Shown here: positions 12,152 to 24,759 of the stretch, piece by piece
Layout: each line of letters opens with the position of its first letter
How positions within the stretch are numbered: position 1 is the first letter of the stretch
Origin: an uncultured Gammaproteobacteria bacterium
GTDB taxonomy: Bacteria > Pseudomonadota > Gammaproteobacteria > JABCZS01
DNA: 64,000 bases
NCBI GenBank assembly: GCA_963848305.1
Contig: CAWKDC010000003.1
Coordinates: forward strand, 160,001-224,000
Direction of reading: 5' to 3'
Notes under the pieces: model-generated
Seen by the model: only the letters and a program-made list of their open reading frames with translations
What the model was told of the DNA's origin: nothing
Databases searched by the model: none
Translations under genes and position numbers: made by a program

Positions 12152-13215
12152 CTTCTCAAGAGATGATCGATCACCACCAATGCAGCCATTGCATCCACAA
12201 TTGGCACGGCGCGAGGTAATACGCAAGCGTCATGTCGTCCCGTCGCTTCCAACGATACTGATTCATGATCTTTATTCACTGTATTTTGCTTTTTACCGAT
12301 CGTTGCAACCGGTTTGAATGCAACACGAAAATAAATATCTTCTCCTGTTGAAATGCCACCCAGTACGCCGCCTGCATCATTTTTTGCTGTGCGTATTTGA
12401 TTGTCAGACAAAATGAATGGATCATTGTGTTCACTGCCGCGCAGGGTGATCGCAGCAAAACCAGCGCCAATATCAAATCCTTTCACCGCATTGATGCTGA
12501 GCATGGCCTTGCCTAAATCCGCGTGTAGCTTATCAAAAACAGGTTCTCCCAATCCCACGGGTACGTTTCTGATCACGCCACGAATAATGCCGCCAATGGA
12601 ATCACCTTCAGTTTGCATTTGCTCAATGAGTGCAATCATTTTTTCAGCAGCAGATTGATCAGGGCAACGCACAATATTGCTTTCAATCATCTCCGGTGAA
12701 ACGTCCGTGTGTAACATACCTGTTTTAATCGAACCAATTTGTTCAACGTAACTTAAAATCTCAATGTCATGATACAAGGATAAATATTGCTGTGCTATGG
12801 CACCTGCGGCAACACGTGCTAATGTTTCACGTGCGCTGGCTCGACCACTGCCCCGAAAATCGCGCACACCATATTTCTGTTGATAGGTAAAATCTGCGTG
12901 TGAAGGTCTGAAAACATCCTTGAGATGATCATAATCTTCTGGTCGCATGTCCTGATTGTAAGCAAGCATTAAAATCGGTGTGCCAGTGGTTTTTCCTTCA
13001 AATACGCCAGATAAAATATGGATCTCATCTTTCTCATCTCGGGGAGATGTGATATGACTTTGTCCAGGTCTTCGCCTATCGAGTGCTTTTTGAATATCCG
13101 ATTGAGTGATAGTCAATCCCGCAGGGCAGCCATCGACAATGACGCCTACCGCACCGCCGTGAGATTCACCGCAAGTCGTGATGCGAAACATTTTTCCAAA
13201 ACTATTACCTGGCAT
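12148..13215 (-). CDS. aroC: Chorismate synthase
   Basis: GESHG, RPSHAD, SARET, GRHD motifs. Confidence 0.96.
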   Translation of the reverse strand: MPGNSFGKMFRITTCGESHGGAVGVIVDGCPAGLTITQSDIQKALDRRRPGQSHITSPRDEKDEIHILSGVFEGKTTGTPILMLAYNQDMRPEDYDHLKDVFRPSHADFTYQQKYGVRDFRGSGRASARETLARVAAGAIAQQYLSLYHDIEILSYVEQIGSIKTGMLHTDVSPEMIESNIVRCPDQSAAEKMIALIEQMQTEGDSIGGIIRGVIRNVPVGLGEPVFDKLHADLGKAMLSINAVKGFDIGAGFAAITLRGSEHNDPFILSDNQIRTAKNDAGGVLGGISTGEDIYFRVAFKPVATIGKKQNTVNKDHESVSLEATGRHDACVLPRAVPIVDAMAALVVIDHLLRR

Positions 13216-14311
13216 ATTGAACCCCATTGCTAACAGATTGAAGGGCTAGCAAAACTTCAGCATCACTGACAGGATGTGTATATTGACCATTGTCAATATA
13301 CACGTCGCCAATGCCGTTCAGTAAAATATAGTGTGCAGATGATTTAATTGATTTTTTATCATTACGCGTGGCAAAAAGAATGTCATTGGGGGAAAACTTA
13401 TTGAGAAAGTGTCCATCGATACCAAGTGCATCCAATGCGAATGCAATACGATGATAATCTTTTAAAGAGATACTTGCTCTTTGCAAGGCAATGTGCGATT
13501 CAACCAATATGCCATAGCCGACAGCATGACCATGCATTATCTTGTAATCAGTGATCAGTTCAATGGCATGACCAATGGTATGCCCAAAATTCAGAATTGC
13601 ACGTATATTACGATCCTCAGGATCTCGTTGTACGATGGTTGATTTGAGGGCAACAGCTTTTTGAATAAAATCGTGTGGATAATCAACTGGTTGTAGAGCC
13701 TTTTCAAATGATGCATAATCACATATTAAAAAAATCTTGAGTACTTCAATCCATCCGCTGTTAATGTGCTCTTTTGGTAATGTGCTGAGGCAATCTAAAT
13801 CAGCAATGACACAACGGGGATGCCAAAAAGAACCAATCAAATTTTTGCCATGTGTTGTGTTAATGGCTGTTTTTCCGCCAATGCTGCTGTCAACCATGGC
13901 CATTAAAGAAGTAGGTGCTTGAATATAAGGAATGCCACGCATATAGGTTGAGGCAGTAAAACCAACAAGATCGCCAATCACGCCACCGCCCAATGCAATC
14001 AAGCAAGTATCACGTCCAAGTTCTTTACTGAACAGTGCGTATTCGATGGCTTGTTTTCCGCTGATTGATTTTGTTTCTTCTCCCGCCGGTAACGTTACAA
14101 GGCTGACAGAACGAAAGTATTGACTGAGCAACTGTTGAAGAGGTTCTCCATATTGTTTCTGCAAATGTTCATCCGTCACAATCACAAAGGCGTGTTGATG
14201 CAAATTTTCTGGGATATACATCTGAAATTTCTTTAAAAGTCCACGCCCGATCATCACCTGATATTGCTGTTCAGGAACATGAGGAATCTTAATTTTAACA
14301 ATTTTTTTCAT
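13205..14311 (-). CDS. aroB: 3-dehydroquinate synthase
   Basis: [29 protein letters not shown]. Confidence 0.95.
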   Translation of the reverse strand: MKKIVKIKIPHVPEQQYQVMIGRGLLKKFQMYIPENLHQHAFVIVTDEHLQKQYGEPLQQLLSQYFRSVSLVTLPAGEETKSISGKQAIEYALFSKELGRDTCLIALGGGVIGDLVGFTASTYMRGIPYIQAPTSLMAMVDSSIGGKTAINTTHGKNLIGSFWHPRCVIADLDCLSTLPKEHINSGWIEVLKIFLICDYASFEKALQPVDYPHDFIQKAVALKSTIVQRDPEDRNIRAILNFGHTIGHAIELITDYKIMHGHAVGYGILVESHIALQRASISLKDYHRIAFALDALGIDGHFLNKFSPNDILFATRNDKKSIKSSAHYILLNGIGDVYIDNGQYTHPVSDAEVLLALQSVSNGVQYAR

Positions 14312-15346
14312 TTTCTTAATCTCTCTGCCATCGTTTTCAATAATATTTCAGTTTGGTTCCAATCCATGCACGGATCTGTGATCGATAATCCGTTCAAATC
14401 AATTCGACCAGAATGATCTATTTTTTGATTCCCTGCCTTGATAAAACTTTCCAGCATAAAACCTTTTACTAATTTTTTGATGCCAGAATCTTTCTTTATG
14501 GCATCTAAGGTTTCTAAAATAACATATGATTGTCGACGGTGATCTTTCTTACCTTGATAAAAGCAATTGTCGTGACTGGCATCAATGATGATGGCTGGGT
14601 TTTTGACATCAGACAACGTGAGACTTTCTTGTGCAGATCTGAGATGTTCAGCACTATAATTGGGTATTTTATTGCTGCCTCTCAGGACGAGATGTGCAAA
14701 CAGATTTCCATGTGTTTTAATAAGCTGATGATCAATGACGGCAACATGTGAGTGTTGTGCAGAAACCACGCTGTTAACCCCGATTTCAATCGATCCCTGT
14801 GTAGGATTTTTTAATCCGACAGCATAATTCATGCCAGATGCCAATATTCGATGCTCTTGATTTTCAGTGCTGCGCGCACCAATTGCCATCCAAGAGAGCA
14901 ATTCTGTCAATGATTGAGCATAATGTGTGAAGACGGTTTCGCCTCCAATGGGCAAGCCTATGTTGATCACATCTATCATCATTTGACGGGCGTAGATTAA
15001 TCCTTGTTCAATATCCGCATCTTGAAAAGGGTCAGGTTGATTGACAGGGCCGAGCCAGCCTCTTGCTGTACGTGATTTTTGAACATATACACGCATGATG
15101 ATCTTCATAACATCAGCGTATTCCAGATTTAATGCTTGTAGCTTTTCTGCGTAATTTATGACAGCCTGTTTTGGCCATGCAGAGCACGGGCACTACAATC
15201 ATGATCATGCGCTCATCTTCGCCTGATAAAATACGTTTGATGTCTTCGCGATCTTGATTAATTTTAATGCGGTTATGCTCAGTCAAAGGTATGGCATTCA
15301 TGAGAGATTGGATATCTGGGAGATCTTTAATCACAGTGTAATTCAT
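14308..15346 (-). CDS. DAHP synthase class I-alpha (AroG/F/H type), frameshift near 15191
   Basis: Removing one base restores IVGPCS and joins RVY..K.RT..GW.G, AIGARSTE, DASHDN, SITDPC. Confidence 0.9.
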
Positions 15347-16161
15347 GATGTTTGATCCAATATGGCGTAACACTGCTTGAACAGATCCTCAGTATCGATT
15401 GTGTGGTCACATAATAGACTCACCTGTTTTATTCCTTGGAAAATGAACATGTCTAATCCCGATATACAGTAAGCGCCAGATGATCTGGCTTCTGTCAATA
15501 GACGTGTTTCTTTTGGTGTATAAATTAAGTCGATGACGGTGTGATATGGTTTAAATTGAAAGTCCGTCAGCGGCGTTTCACTGATATTTGGATACATGCC
15601 GACAGGTGTTGTATTGATGATGATATCGATCGGTATATTGTTTAATGCTGAATCATGAAGGATTTTACCTCCCCATTGAGAAGATAATGCCTCAGCATGT
15701 GAGATTGTCTTATTCATCCAAAATAAATGGCATTGAGAGTCACGGAGCGCATAACCGACTGCACGGGCTGAACCGCCAGCGCCAATAATCAATACATTTT
15801 TTGATTTGAGATTAACCTTTCTCAAGGCATACATGATTCCATCGACATCTGTATTTTCAGCATGTACGTGACCATTTCTCAAGAGTAATGTATTGGCTGC
15901 TCTTAGGGATGTCACTGCGTCACTTTGTGAGTCCACAAATGTCAGGATGTCCGTCTTAAATGGCAAGGTGATGGCCGTGAGCTTAACAGATAATGTCTTG
16001 ATCGCGTTGATAAGATCCGGCAATGCAGGATTTTCTATGGCCAACATGACTGCATTGATGTCTAGCAGATTATAAAGTATTTGATGTAATCTTGGGCTGA
16101 AGCTGTGCTTGACAGGATTTCCAATCACGAGATGAAGTGTTGTATGCGAATCAATGTTCAT
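15343..16161 (-). CDS. aroE: Shikimate dehydrogenase
   Basis: GNPVKHSFSP, TLPFK, NTDVDG, GAGGSA, NTTPVGM. Confidence 0.93.
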   Translation of the reverse strand: MNIDSHTTLHLVIGNPVKHSFSPRLHQILYNLLDINAVMLAIENPALPDLINAIKTLSVKLTAITLPFKTDILTFVDSQSDAVTSLRAANTLLLRNGHVHAENTDVDGIMYALRKVNLKSKNVLIIGAGGSARAVGYALRDSQCHLFWMNKTISHAEALSSQWGGKILHDSALNNIPIDIIINTTPVGMYPNISETPLTDFQFKPYHTVIDLIYTPKETRLLTEARSSGAYCISGLDMFIFQGIKQVSLLCDHTIDTEDLFKQCYAILDQTS

Positions 16162-16604
16162 GTGACAAATACTCCGTTAGATAATCTATCGCTTCGATAT
16201 ATCCTTTTTCCTTTTTACCGATGATACTGTGAATGCAAACGGGTTTGATAACAGAATGAGCGCGCCACGGTTCGCGAGAATGAATGTCAGAAAGATGCAC
16301 TTCGATGGTCGGAAGTTTGCAGTCAGCAATGGCATCGTGCAAGGCATACGAATAGTGCGTCAGAGCTCCTGCGTTAATGATCATCGCGTGTGCTTTTTTC
16401 GACTCAGATTGAATAAGGTCAATGATATTGCCCTCGTGATTTGATTGAAAACAAACCACGCTAAAACTTTTATACGCTGCATAAGATTTGACTTGATTTT
16501 CAATTTTTTCTAAGGTGAGCTCGCCATAATGTTCTCGTTGGCGCTGCCCTAAAAGATTAAGGTTAAGGGCCATGTATCATGAGAATTATTTTTGAATTAT
16601 CCAT
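16151..16604 (-). CDS. aroQ: Type II 3-dehydroquinate dehydratase, frameshift near 16565
   Basis: MDNSKIILMIHGP|NLNLLG.R, QSNHEG, INAGALTHYS, EVHLS. Confidence 0.92.
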
Positions 16605-17891
16605 GATGCCACTCCAGTGCTGCGCCCAATGTTTTCATGTCATTCACAAATGACGGAAATGTTTTTTGGATAGCCTGGGCATCGTGTATCGTGCTTTGCC
16701 CTTTCGCGCGCATGCCTGCCAGTGTCATTGCCATCACAGTACGATGATCGCCATACCCATTGATATTTGCAGATCTTAATAGGGACGTATGAATGGTCAT
16801 GCCATCTGATCGTTCTTCAATGTGAGCGCCCATTTTACTCAAACCTTCTGTCATCGAACGAATGCGATCAGTTTCTTTCAAACGCGTTTGCGAGGCATTG
16901 TAGAGCTCGGTTGTTCCATTCGCATAAGTGCCGAGCACGGCGAGCGTCGGCAATAAATCTGGCACATGTTGAACATCGATTGAAATACCGTGCAGTGGTT
17001 TTCCACCATTGATCATGATGCAATGATCATCAACAGCAATGTCAGCGCCCATTTGTTGAGCGATCTTGATCAGTGCTTTGTCGCCTTGTGAATCATGCAT
17101 GTTGAGCCCGTTGATACTGATTTTTCCGGGAAACATTAACCCTGCGGCAATAACATACGAAGCGCTGGAAAAATCTCCCGGCAATGTGTGCTCGAATGTG
17201 TGATACGCTTGATTGGGTTCGATATGGAATATGTCACTGTCAAGATGAAAGTCGTGCGAATAAGTTATGTTTTGTCTGTCCAAAAATGTTTTGGTGATAT
17301 TGATATAAGGACGCGACACCACGTTTTTTACGCGAATCTCGCTGGCTTTTGGCGCGAGAGGCAAAGCAATTAACAATGCAGAGATGTATTGAGAAATAGG
17401 CTCGTCAATCACAACACTTCCGCCGCGTAATTGTCCAGAGATTTTCATCGGAAATGAATCGGGTTTATCAAGGCACGTGATCGTCATCCCCAGTTGTCGT
17501 AATGCATGTATGAATCCAGCAATAGGACGTGCGCGCATTTGTTCAGTGCAATCCACTTGGATCGGTGTCTCGGTAGGTTGTCGTAATCCCAGTAATGGCA
17601 AAAGAAAACGCGTGGTGATGCCAGAATGACCGGTATGAATATTTGCTGACGAATGGATAAACGCAGTTCCCTGGCCTGTGACGTTCACAACAGTACCCTC
17701 TCGATGGAATTTGGCTCCTAAAGCCTCGCAGCTTCTGATCGCATCTGCCACATCATCGCTGTCAGGCACATTATGAATTTTGCTGGTTCCCTTGCTTATT
17801 GCGGCGATGAACAGCGGATGGCTTCAGATTTAGACCCTGGTGGGGTGAAAGTACCGTTTAATTCAGACGTGGTTTTTGTGGTGATGTACAT
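16597..17891 (-). CDS. aroA: EPSP synthase, frameshift near 17812
   Basis: PPGSKS..R N-terminus in upstream frame; SQYISALL, GDFSSA, RLKETDR, DHR, KTFP downstream. Confidence 0.92.
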
Positions 17892-17967
17892 ATACCTCTC
17901 GTATCTGAAGATGCGAATCCTGGCTGCTTTGTGCAGACCCCTCGCATCCCCAAGTACGAGAGGTACA
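17891..17967. mobile_element. Internally deleted copy of the ERIC-like MITE at 1537
   Basis: TATACCTCTCGTATCTGAAGATGCGAATCCTGGCTGC nearly identical to 1539-1575; degenerate right arm TCGCATCCCCAAGTACGAGAGGTA. Confidence 0.75.
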
Positions 17968-18141
17968 GCCACACCTTTTATCATTGATTTAACGGGCCTG
18001 TCAACTGGAGCTTTTTTTGAAGCGGTGGTATGATGGCAATCGTTCTCGGTTTTTGTAGGGGTCCAGCATGCTGGAACCTTGGTGTGTAATATCCTTGAAC
18101 GATTAAGTACGATGTCCCTGCCCATATCCGGAGTCAACACC

Positions 18142-19313
18142 ATGATCATTGAGCCTAAAATCCGCGGTTTTATTTGTACCACCGCTCATCCAGTAGGATG
18201 TGCTGCCAGTGTGCAGGCACAAATTGATTATGTGGAATCTCGGGGCCCATCACAGGCCCGAAAAACGTGTTGGTGTTGGGAGGCTCTACGGGGTATGGTT
18301 TGGCCTCACGCATCGTATTTGCATTCGGTGCAGGCGCGAATACCTTGAATGTGTCATACGAAAAAGAACCAACCGACAAAAAAACGGCTTCACCTGGTTG
18401 GTACAATACCCGTGCATTTGAACGCATCGCGCATGAAAAAGGATTGTATGCGGCTTCGTTGAATGGCGATGCATTCAGCCAGGCGATCAAAGATGAGGTG
18501 ATTAGCCTCATCAAGCAAAACATGGGCAAAGTGGATTTAGTGGTTTACAGTTTGGCATCCCCACGGCGTATTCATCCCATCACCGGCGAAGTATTCAATT
18601 CCGTCTTAAAAACCATCGGTCAGCCTTACACGACTAAAACAGTGGATCCTTTTAAAGGTGAAGTGAAAGATGTGTTGATTGAGCCTGCATCAGAAGATGA
18701 AATCCGACAAACAATCGCAGTGATGGGCGGCGAAGACTGGACAATGTGGATGGAAGCTTTACTCAATGCGGGGGTTTTATCGGATCATTGCAAGACTGTG
18801 GCTTATTCTTATGTCGGTCTTACTATTACCTATCCTGTTTACAAAGAGGGGACGATTGGCCGAGCGAAAGACGATTTGCATCAGACGGCCAAGTCACTCA
18901 ATCAATTATTGGCACCTGTTCACGGTGAAGCAGTGATTGCTGTCAATAAAGCGATTGTGACCCAAGCATCTGCTGCCATTCCTGTTGTGCCGCTTTATAT
19001 TTCATTGTTGTATAAAGTGATGAAGGCGAGGGGAAATCATGAAGGCGCGATTGAGCAAATGGTGCGTTTATACCATGATAAATTTTATGTGAACGGTTTT
19101 GATAAGGATGAGCACGGGTATATTCGTATGGATGATTGGGAATTGGCTCCAGATATTCAAGAGGCCGTGCTGAAGATGTGGCCATCCATCACGACTGAAA
19201 ATCTTGAATCAATGAGCGACATTGCGGGTTACCGTGAAGATTTTGAAAAATTATTCGGCTTTCATCTGCCTGGTGTTGATTATGCTGCTGATGTGTCTCC
19301 GCTGGATATTTAA
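18142..19313 (+). CDS. fabV: Enoyl-ACP reductase FabV / trans-2-enoyl-CoA reductase, frameshift near 18247
   Basis: [55 protein letters not shown]. Confidence 0.95.
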
Positions 19314-19316
19314 ATT

Positions 19317-19892
19317 GTGATATTGTTGATCGATAATTACGATAGTTTTACCTACAATCTCTATCATATGTTGTTATCGCATCGAACAGATGTTCACGTG
19401 GTTCGACATGATAGGGTGGATATCAATGACATCACGTTATTAAATCCTGAGGCCATCATTTTATCGCCCGGCCCGGGTCATCCCAAAGATGCTGGGATTT
19501 GTGTTGAACTCATTCAGCATTTTTCTGGGAAAATCCCGATACTGGGTGTTTGTTTGGGGCACCAAGCGATTGTACATGCGCTGGGGGGTGATATCATTTC
19601 CACAGGGAAATTGGTGCACGGAAAGGCCAGTCTTGTTTATCATGATCAGCAAGGTATTTTCGCAAACATGTCCATGCCTTTTCAAGCGGGGCGTTACCAT
19701 TCTTTGATGGCAGATCCTGATACATTACCTGATGTTTTGCGCATCACTGCGTACAGTGAACCGAACACCATCATGGCTGTGCAGCACCTGGAGCATCCGA
19801 CTTTTGGTGTGCAATTTCATCCAGAATCAATATTGACGCAGGGAGGGGGTATTTTGATCGCGACATGGATAAAAATGTTATCGCAATTTTAA
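19317..19892 (+). CDS. Aminodeoxychorismate/anthranilate synthase component II (PabA/TrpG)
   Basis: IDNYDSFTYN, SPGPG, GVCLGHQ, RYHSL, QFHPES. Confidence 0.92.
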   Translation: MILLIDNYDSFTYNLYHMLLSHRTDVHVVRHDRVDINDITLLNPEAIILSPGPGHPKDAGICVELIQHFSGKIPILGVCLGHQAIVHALGGDIISTGKLVHGKASLVYHDQQGIFANMSMPFQAGRYHSLMADPDTLPDVLRITAYSEPNTIMAVQHLEHPTFGVQFHPESILTQGGGILIATWIKMLSQF

Positions 19893-20653
19893 CGTAACAC
19901 TTTCAACCCACTGCCCAAATTTAACGACGACATTAATCTTTTGAAGGCATTTAATTCAGACTCCGATTCAAATGGACCGACGTGCACGCGGTATAACGAG
20001 GTGTCTGATTTGATTTCAACCGGTTTGTCTGTGTGTGTTTGCAAGGTTTCCAGCAGGCTTTCCGCATTCGTGGGATTCGTGAAAGCAGCGACCTGTACAT
20101 AGATAGGTTCTTGAGCGGCAGGCTCTTGAGCATCTAGCGCCTCTACTTTCACACGCCCTGTGCCCAGATTCACAATCCCAAGCTTTTTGGCCGCGGCATA
20201 CGATAAATCGATGATACGTCCATGTGCAAAAGGCCCGCGATCATTGACGCGCACAACGGTGGATTCATTGTTATCCAGGTTGGTTACGCGTACATAGCTG
20301 GGGATGGGTAAATGTTTGTGCGCAGCAGTCATCGCAAACATATCGTAGGGTTCACCACTGGAGGTGCGGCGACCATGAAATTTTGTGCCATACCAGGATG
20401 CAACGCCTTCTTCTTCATACCCCAGGTGCGAATCCCAGACTTCATATTTTTTGCCTAGGGCCATATAAGTTGATGGATTACCATATTTGCTGTAAGGCTC
20501 AGCTTGGGGGATGGGTTCCTTCACATGGCTGACGTCTACGGGTTTGGGTGGCGCGCCGTCTGTGGAAGTTTGCTTGACTGGTGGGATATGGGGTGGGTTG
20601 CTTTGGCATCCGACTAAAAAAGTGATCAGGATAAGGGGCACGAATTTCAGCAT
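19889..20653 (-). CDS. rlpA: Septal ring lytic transglycosylase RlpA lipoprotein
   Basis: Lipobox LVGC, ASWYG, TAAHK.LP, VRVNDRGPF, C-terminal SPOR domain. Confidence 0.93.
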   Translation of the reverse strand: MLKFVPLILITFLVGCQSNPPHIPPVKQTSTDGAPPKPVDVSHVKEPIPQAEPYSKYGNPSTYMALGKKYEVWDSHLGYEEEGVASWYGTKFHGRRTSSGEPYDMFAMTAAHKHLPIPSYVRVTNLDNNESTVVRVNDRGPFAHGRIIDLSYAAAKKLGIVNLGTGRVKVEALDAQEPAAQEPIYVQVAAFTNPTNAESLLETLQTHTDKPVEIKSDTSLYRVHVGPFESESELNAFKRLMSSLNLGSGLKVLR

Positions 20654-20741
20654 GATGATTCTCCTGTTATATAAGGATAGCGCAGAAAATGGTTGATGCT
20701 GGTTAAAGAATGAGGGAGCTCTGCCGATACGTTTTTACATG

Positions 20742-20816
<75 letters not shown>

Positions 20817-20828
20817 ACTAACGGGGCT

Positions 20829-20857
20829 ATACTACTGTAATCAGCGGCTTACGTCAA
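20829..20857 (-). promoter_or_regulatory. sigma70 promoter of tRNA-Asn
   Basis: Minus strand TTGACG-17 bp-TAGTAT followed by a GC-rich discriminator. Confidence 0.7.
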
Positions 20858-20941
20858 CGGTTTTTTTTGGATTTTTGCTGGTGTGTCAGGGATTCGCGTA
20901 GTATATTTAAAACAGGATCTGAATAAAACAAGGGGGCGGAC

Positions 20942-21175
20942 ATGTCCAGTACAACACCGAATTATCATGCTCGGCTGGCCGAACAACAATTGCCTGGTCT
21001 GATTGAGCAGTACACTGATGCACTTGAATCGCTTATTAACCGTATTGAATTATTGTATCCTTATGCGCAGCCTGCCTCAGAAAGCAAGGCTGATCATGAA
21101 GCAGATGTCAAGCGTCATCAAGAAGCATTGGGCATGATCAATACCGCCATACAATCAGAATTAGGAGAAAAATAA
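20942..21175 (+). CDS. Small hypothetical helical protein (77 aa)
   Basis: Purine-rich RBS-like sequence; TAATG coupling with next ORF. Confidence 0.6.
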   Translation: MSSTTPNYHARLAEQQLPGLIEQYTDALESLINRIELLYPYAQPASESKADHEADVKRHQEALGMINTAIQSELGEK

Positions 21176-21456
21176 TGGGTATTATTACCACGCAACCCGA
21201 ATTGATCGCATTATCGCAAAATGCGATTTCGAAATACCGTGTGGCCATTGAAACGGCTTTCAAAGATCCTGCTAAAGCCAAAGAGCAGATGAAAGAGGGG
21301 ATTCAATTTTGTGAACATGCCCAGCAAGAACTGGCCAGAACACCCATGATGGAACCTTTGAAGGGGCTCGCCACGCTCGGCGTGATGGATTGGGCTTCTG
21401 TGGCCAATGCCCTGGCGCAAAAGCGCGAGGCGAAAAAATCAGGACCGAGGGTGTAG
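21175..21456 (+). CDS. Small hypothetical helical protein (93 aa)
   Basis: AGGAG RBS; stop TAG lies in a REP-like repeat. Confidence 0.65.
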   Translation: MGIITTQPELIALSQNAISKYRVAIETAFKDPAKAKEQMKEGIQFCEHAQQELARTPMMEPLKGLATLGVMDWASVANALAQKREAKKSGPRV

Positions 21457-21492
21457 GGGCGTATATTTGCTCCCCCCCGCGAATGCGGGGGG
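21453..21492 (+). repeat. Degenerate REP-like copy merged with a CCCCCCGC-GAAT-GCGGGGGG hairpin (possible terminator)
   Basis: GTAGGGGCGTATATTTGC; lies between convergent genes. Confidence 0.55.
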
Positions 21493-21505
21493 TAAGCAGA
21501 TAGTT

Positions 21506-22684
21506 TTATAATACCTCTCTCATCCTCTCTATCGCTTTCTTCAAATTATCCATGCTGGTCGCGAATGACAAGCGCACATAACCGTTCAAACCAAAGGCAG
21601 AGCCGGGCACCAACGCCACGCGGGCTTTTTCCAGCAGGAAGGCGCAGAAGTCTGTGTCATCCTTGAAGCCATGTTTTTCCATCGCTTTTTTCACACAAGG
21701 GAAGGAATAGAATGTCCCATCGCTTGGTGTGCATTCAAAGCCAGGCAATGCATTCAATGCATCAACCAAATAATCGTGGCGTTCTTTAAACGCTTTCAAC
21801 ATCATTTGTATGCAGCTTTGATCACCTGTTAATGCAGCCAAAGCGGCTTTTTGTGCGATAGACGTGGGATTTGATGTGCAATGCGATTGGATTTTTTCCA
21901 TCGCGGCAATGATTTCTTTGGGGCCAGCAGCATAGCCAATGCGCCAACCTGTCATGGCATAGCTTTTCGAGACGCCATGCAAAATCACTGTGCGATCGTA
22001 TAAATCCGGCGCCACATTCAAGATATTCACAAAAGGTTCTGGCGTCCAGAGCATTTTTTCATACATGTCGTCGGTGCCAATCACGATGCGTGGGTGCTTC
22101 CTGAGCACCTCTGCCAAACTGCGTAATTCATCAGCCGTATAAGCGACACCTGAGGGGTTAGAGGGGCTGTTCAAATAAAACAACTTGGTTTTAGGGGTGA
22201 TCGCAGCTTCAAGTTGTTTCGCAGTGATCTTAAAACGTTGATCAATGCCAGCTTCAATATAGACAGGTTTCGCATCAGCCAATTCGGCAAAAGCAGGGTA
22301 GGAAACCCAATAAGGGGAAGGGATGATGACCTCATCCCCTTCATCCAAGATAGCCTGGGCAAGATTGTAGCAGGATTGTTTGCCGCCGGTAGACACAATC
22401 ACCTGGTTGAGCCCGTAGGTGATGCCGTTATCCTTTTGAAATTTATCAGCAATGGCTTGTTTGAGTTCTGGAATGCCATCAACGGCGGTATATTTTGTAA
22501 AACCCTGTTCAATCGCTTGAATGGCAGCACGTTTGATATGCTCAGGGGTGTCAAAGTCGGGTTCGCCGGCGGCCAGTGCAATCACATCGACGCCTTGACG
22601 CTTGAGTGCAGCTGCCTTGGTGGTGATCACGAGTGTGGGGGAAGGTTGAATGCGTTCTGAGCGGGCGGAAAAAGAAATAGTCAT
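21506..22684 (-). CDS. PLP-dependent class I/II aminotransferase (aspartate aminotransferase-like)
   Basis: GEPDF, NSPSNPSG, DDMY, SKSYAMTGWRIGY. Confidence 0.92.
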   Translation of the reverse strand: MTISFSARSERIQPSPTLVITTKAAALKRQGVDVIALAAGEPDFDTPEHIKRAAIQAIEQGFTKYTAVDGIPELKQAIADKFQKDNGITYGLNQVIVSTGGKQSCYNLAQAILDEGDEVIIPSPYWVSYPAFAELADAKPVYIEAGIDQRFKITAKQLEAAITPKTKLFYLNSPSNPSGVAYTADELRSLAEVLRKHPRIVIGTDDMYEKMLWTPEPFVNILNVAPDLYDRTVILHGVSKSYAMTGWRIGYAAGPKEIIAAMEKIQSHCTSNPTSIAQKAALAALTGDQSCIQMMLKAFKERHDYLVDALNALPGFECTPSDGTFYSFPCVKKAMEKHGFKDDTDFCAFLLEKARVALVPGSAFGLNGYVRLSFATSMDNLKKAIERMREVL

Positions 22685-22749
22685 GAAATAGCTCCTTAAT
22701 GATGGACAGCGACTTGCGTATTCTACCCGAAACTCATTAGAATGTCCCT

Positions 22750-24735
22750 ATGAAAGACACCTTCCGTTTAAAAAGCAACTTCGAGCCAACTGGCGACCAG
22801 CCGAGTGCGATTGCCTCCCTGACTGAGGGTCTAGAAGACGGCCTGGCCAAGCAAACCTTGATTGGCGTGACAGGTTCGGGCAAGACGTTTAGCATCGCTC
22901 ATGTGATTGCCAAGGCGAATCGCCCAACCTTGATCATGGCACCCAATAAAACTTTGGCCGCACAATTATACGGCGAAATGAAATCGTTTTTCCCACATAA
23001 TGCCGTCGAGTATTTTGTGTCCTATTACGATTATTATCAACCCGAAGCTTATGTGCCATCATCGGATACCTATATTGAAAAAGATGCGTCCATCAATGCG
23101 CATATCGAGCAAATGCGATTATCTGCCACGAAAGCACTGCTCGAGCGCAATGATGCGATCATCGTGGCCAGTGTGTCTGCGATTTACGGATTGGGTGATC
23201 CGCGTTTATATTTAAGCATGGTATTGCATTTGGATCGGGGCGATAAAATTGATCAGCGCCATATTTTAAAACGGTTGGCCGAATTACAGTATGCGCGCAA
23301 TGACATGGATTTTCGACGCGCGACTTACCGTGTGCGAGGCGATGTGATTGATGTTTTCCCAGCTGAATCTGATGAAGAAGCCTTGCGCATCCAATTGTTT
23401 GATGATGAAATTGAATCACTGCAGTTTTTTGATCCACTCACCGGTGAAATATTGCGCAACGTGCCACGTGCCACTGTTTATCCCAAATCTCATTATGTGA
23501 CGCCGCGAGAAAATGTATTGAAAGCGATTGATGCGATCAAAGGTGAATTGAAAGAGCGTCTGGCACAATTATCCGATCTGAATAAACTGGTCGAATATCA
23601 ACGTCTTGATCAGCGTACACGATATGATTTAGAAATGCTGAATGAATTAGGTTATTGTCAAGGCATTGAAAATTACAGCCGTCATTTATCTGGATATCCG
23701 GCCGGCAAGGCGCCGCCCACTTTATTTGAATATTTGCCAAAAAACTCGCTGTTGATCATTGATGAATCGCATGTCACTGTGCCACAAATTGGTGCGATGT
23801 ATCATGGCGATCGTTCACGCAAAACAACGTTGGTGGAATATGGTTTTCGGTTACCGAGCGCACTAGACAATCGTCCCATGCGTTTCGATGAATTTGAAGC
23901 ACGTTCTCCGCAAACGATATATGTCTCGGCCACACCCGGCCCATATGAATTAGAGCACAGCGATAAAGTATGTGAACAGGTGATCCGTCCCACGGGATTA
24001 TTAGATCCGGAAATTGAAATACGCCCCGTCGGCTCACAGGTCGATGATGTCTTATCTGAAATCACCAAACGCGTGGCATTAGGGGATCGCGTGATGATCA
24101 CGACCCTCACGAAACGCATGTCTGAAGATTTAACGGATTATTTATCAGAACATGGTGTGAAGGTGCGATATCTGCATTCTGATATTGATACGATTGAACG
24201 CGTGGAAATCATTCGTGATTTTAGATTAGGTGAATTTGATGTTTTGGTGGGTATTAACTTATTGCGAGAAGGGTTGGATATGCCCGAAGTCTCATTGGTC
24301 GCGATATTTGATGCTGATAAAGAAGGGTTTTTACGCTCGACACGATCACTCATTCAAACGATTGGGCGGGCTGCGCGGAATGCACGTGGCAAAGCCATTT
24401 TATACGCTGATAGGATCACGGATTCTATGAAGACAGCGATGGGTGAAACAGAACGTCGCCGCATGAAACAAATGGCTTACAATGAACAACATGGCATCAC
24501 ACCCCAAACCGTGATGAAATCAGTGGAAGATATTCTGGAAGGCGCGACATCTTTTTCGGGTAAGTCACGGCAGAAAAAACAAACTGTCGATCAGGAAACG
24601 CAATCACTGACCCCAGTGGAGCTCGCCAAAAAAATTAAAACATTAGAAAATGAAATGTATGAATGTGCGAAAAACTTAGAGTTCGAAAAAGCTGCCCAAA
24701 TCAGAGATCAATTACATCTATTAATTGCATTGTAG
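22750..24735 (+). CDS. uvrB: Excinuclease ABC subunit B
   Basis: [37 protein letters not shown]-terminal UVR domain. Confidence 0.98.
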   Translation: MKDTFRLKSNFEPTGDQPSAIASLTEGLEDGLAKQTLIGVTGSGKTFSIAHVIAKANRPTLIMAPNKTLAAQLYGEMKSFFPHNAVEYFVSYYDYYQPEAYVPSSDTYIEKDASINAHIEQMRLSATKALLERNDAIIVASVSAIYGLGDPRLYLSMVLHLDRGDKIDQRHILKRLAELQYARNDMDFRRATYRVRGDVIDVFPAESDEEALRIQLFDDEIESLQFFDPLTGEILRNVPRATVYPKSHYVTPRENVLKAIDAIKGELKERLAQLSDLNKLVEYQRLDQRTRYDLEMLNELGYCQGIENYSRHLSGYPAGKAPPTLFEYLPKNSLLIIDESHVTVPQIGAMYHGDRSRKTTLVEYGFRLPSALDNRPMRFDEFEARSPQTIYVSATPGPYELEHSDKVCEQVIRPTGLLDPEIEIRPVGSQVDDVLSEITKRVALGDRVMITTLTKRMSEDLTDYLSEHGVKVRYLHSDIDTIERVEIIRDFRLGEFDVLVGINLLREGLDMPEVSLVAIFDADKEGFLRSTRSLIQTIGRAARNARGKAILYADRITDSMKTAMGETERRRMKQMAYNEQHGITPQTVMKSVEDILEGATSFSGKSRQKKQTVDQETQSLTPVELAKKIKTLENEMYECAKNLEFEKAAQIRDQLHLLIAL

Positions 24736-24759
24736 GGGCACATCAATCTAACATAGAAA

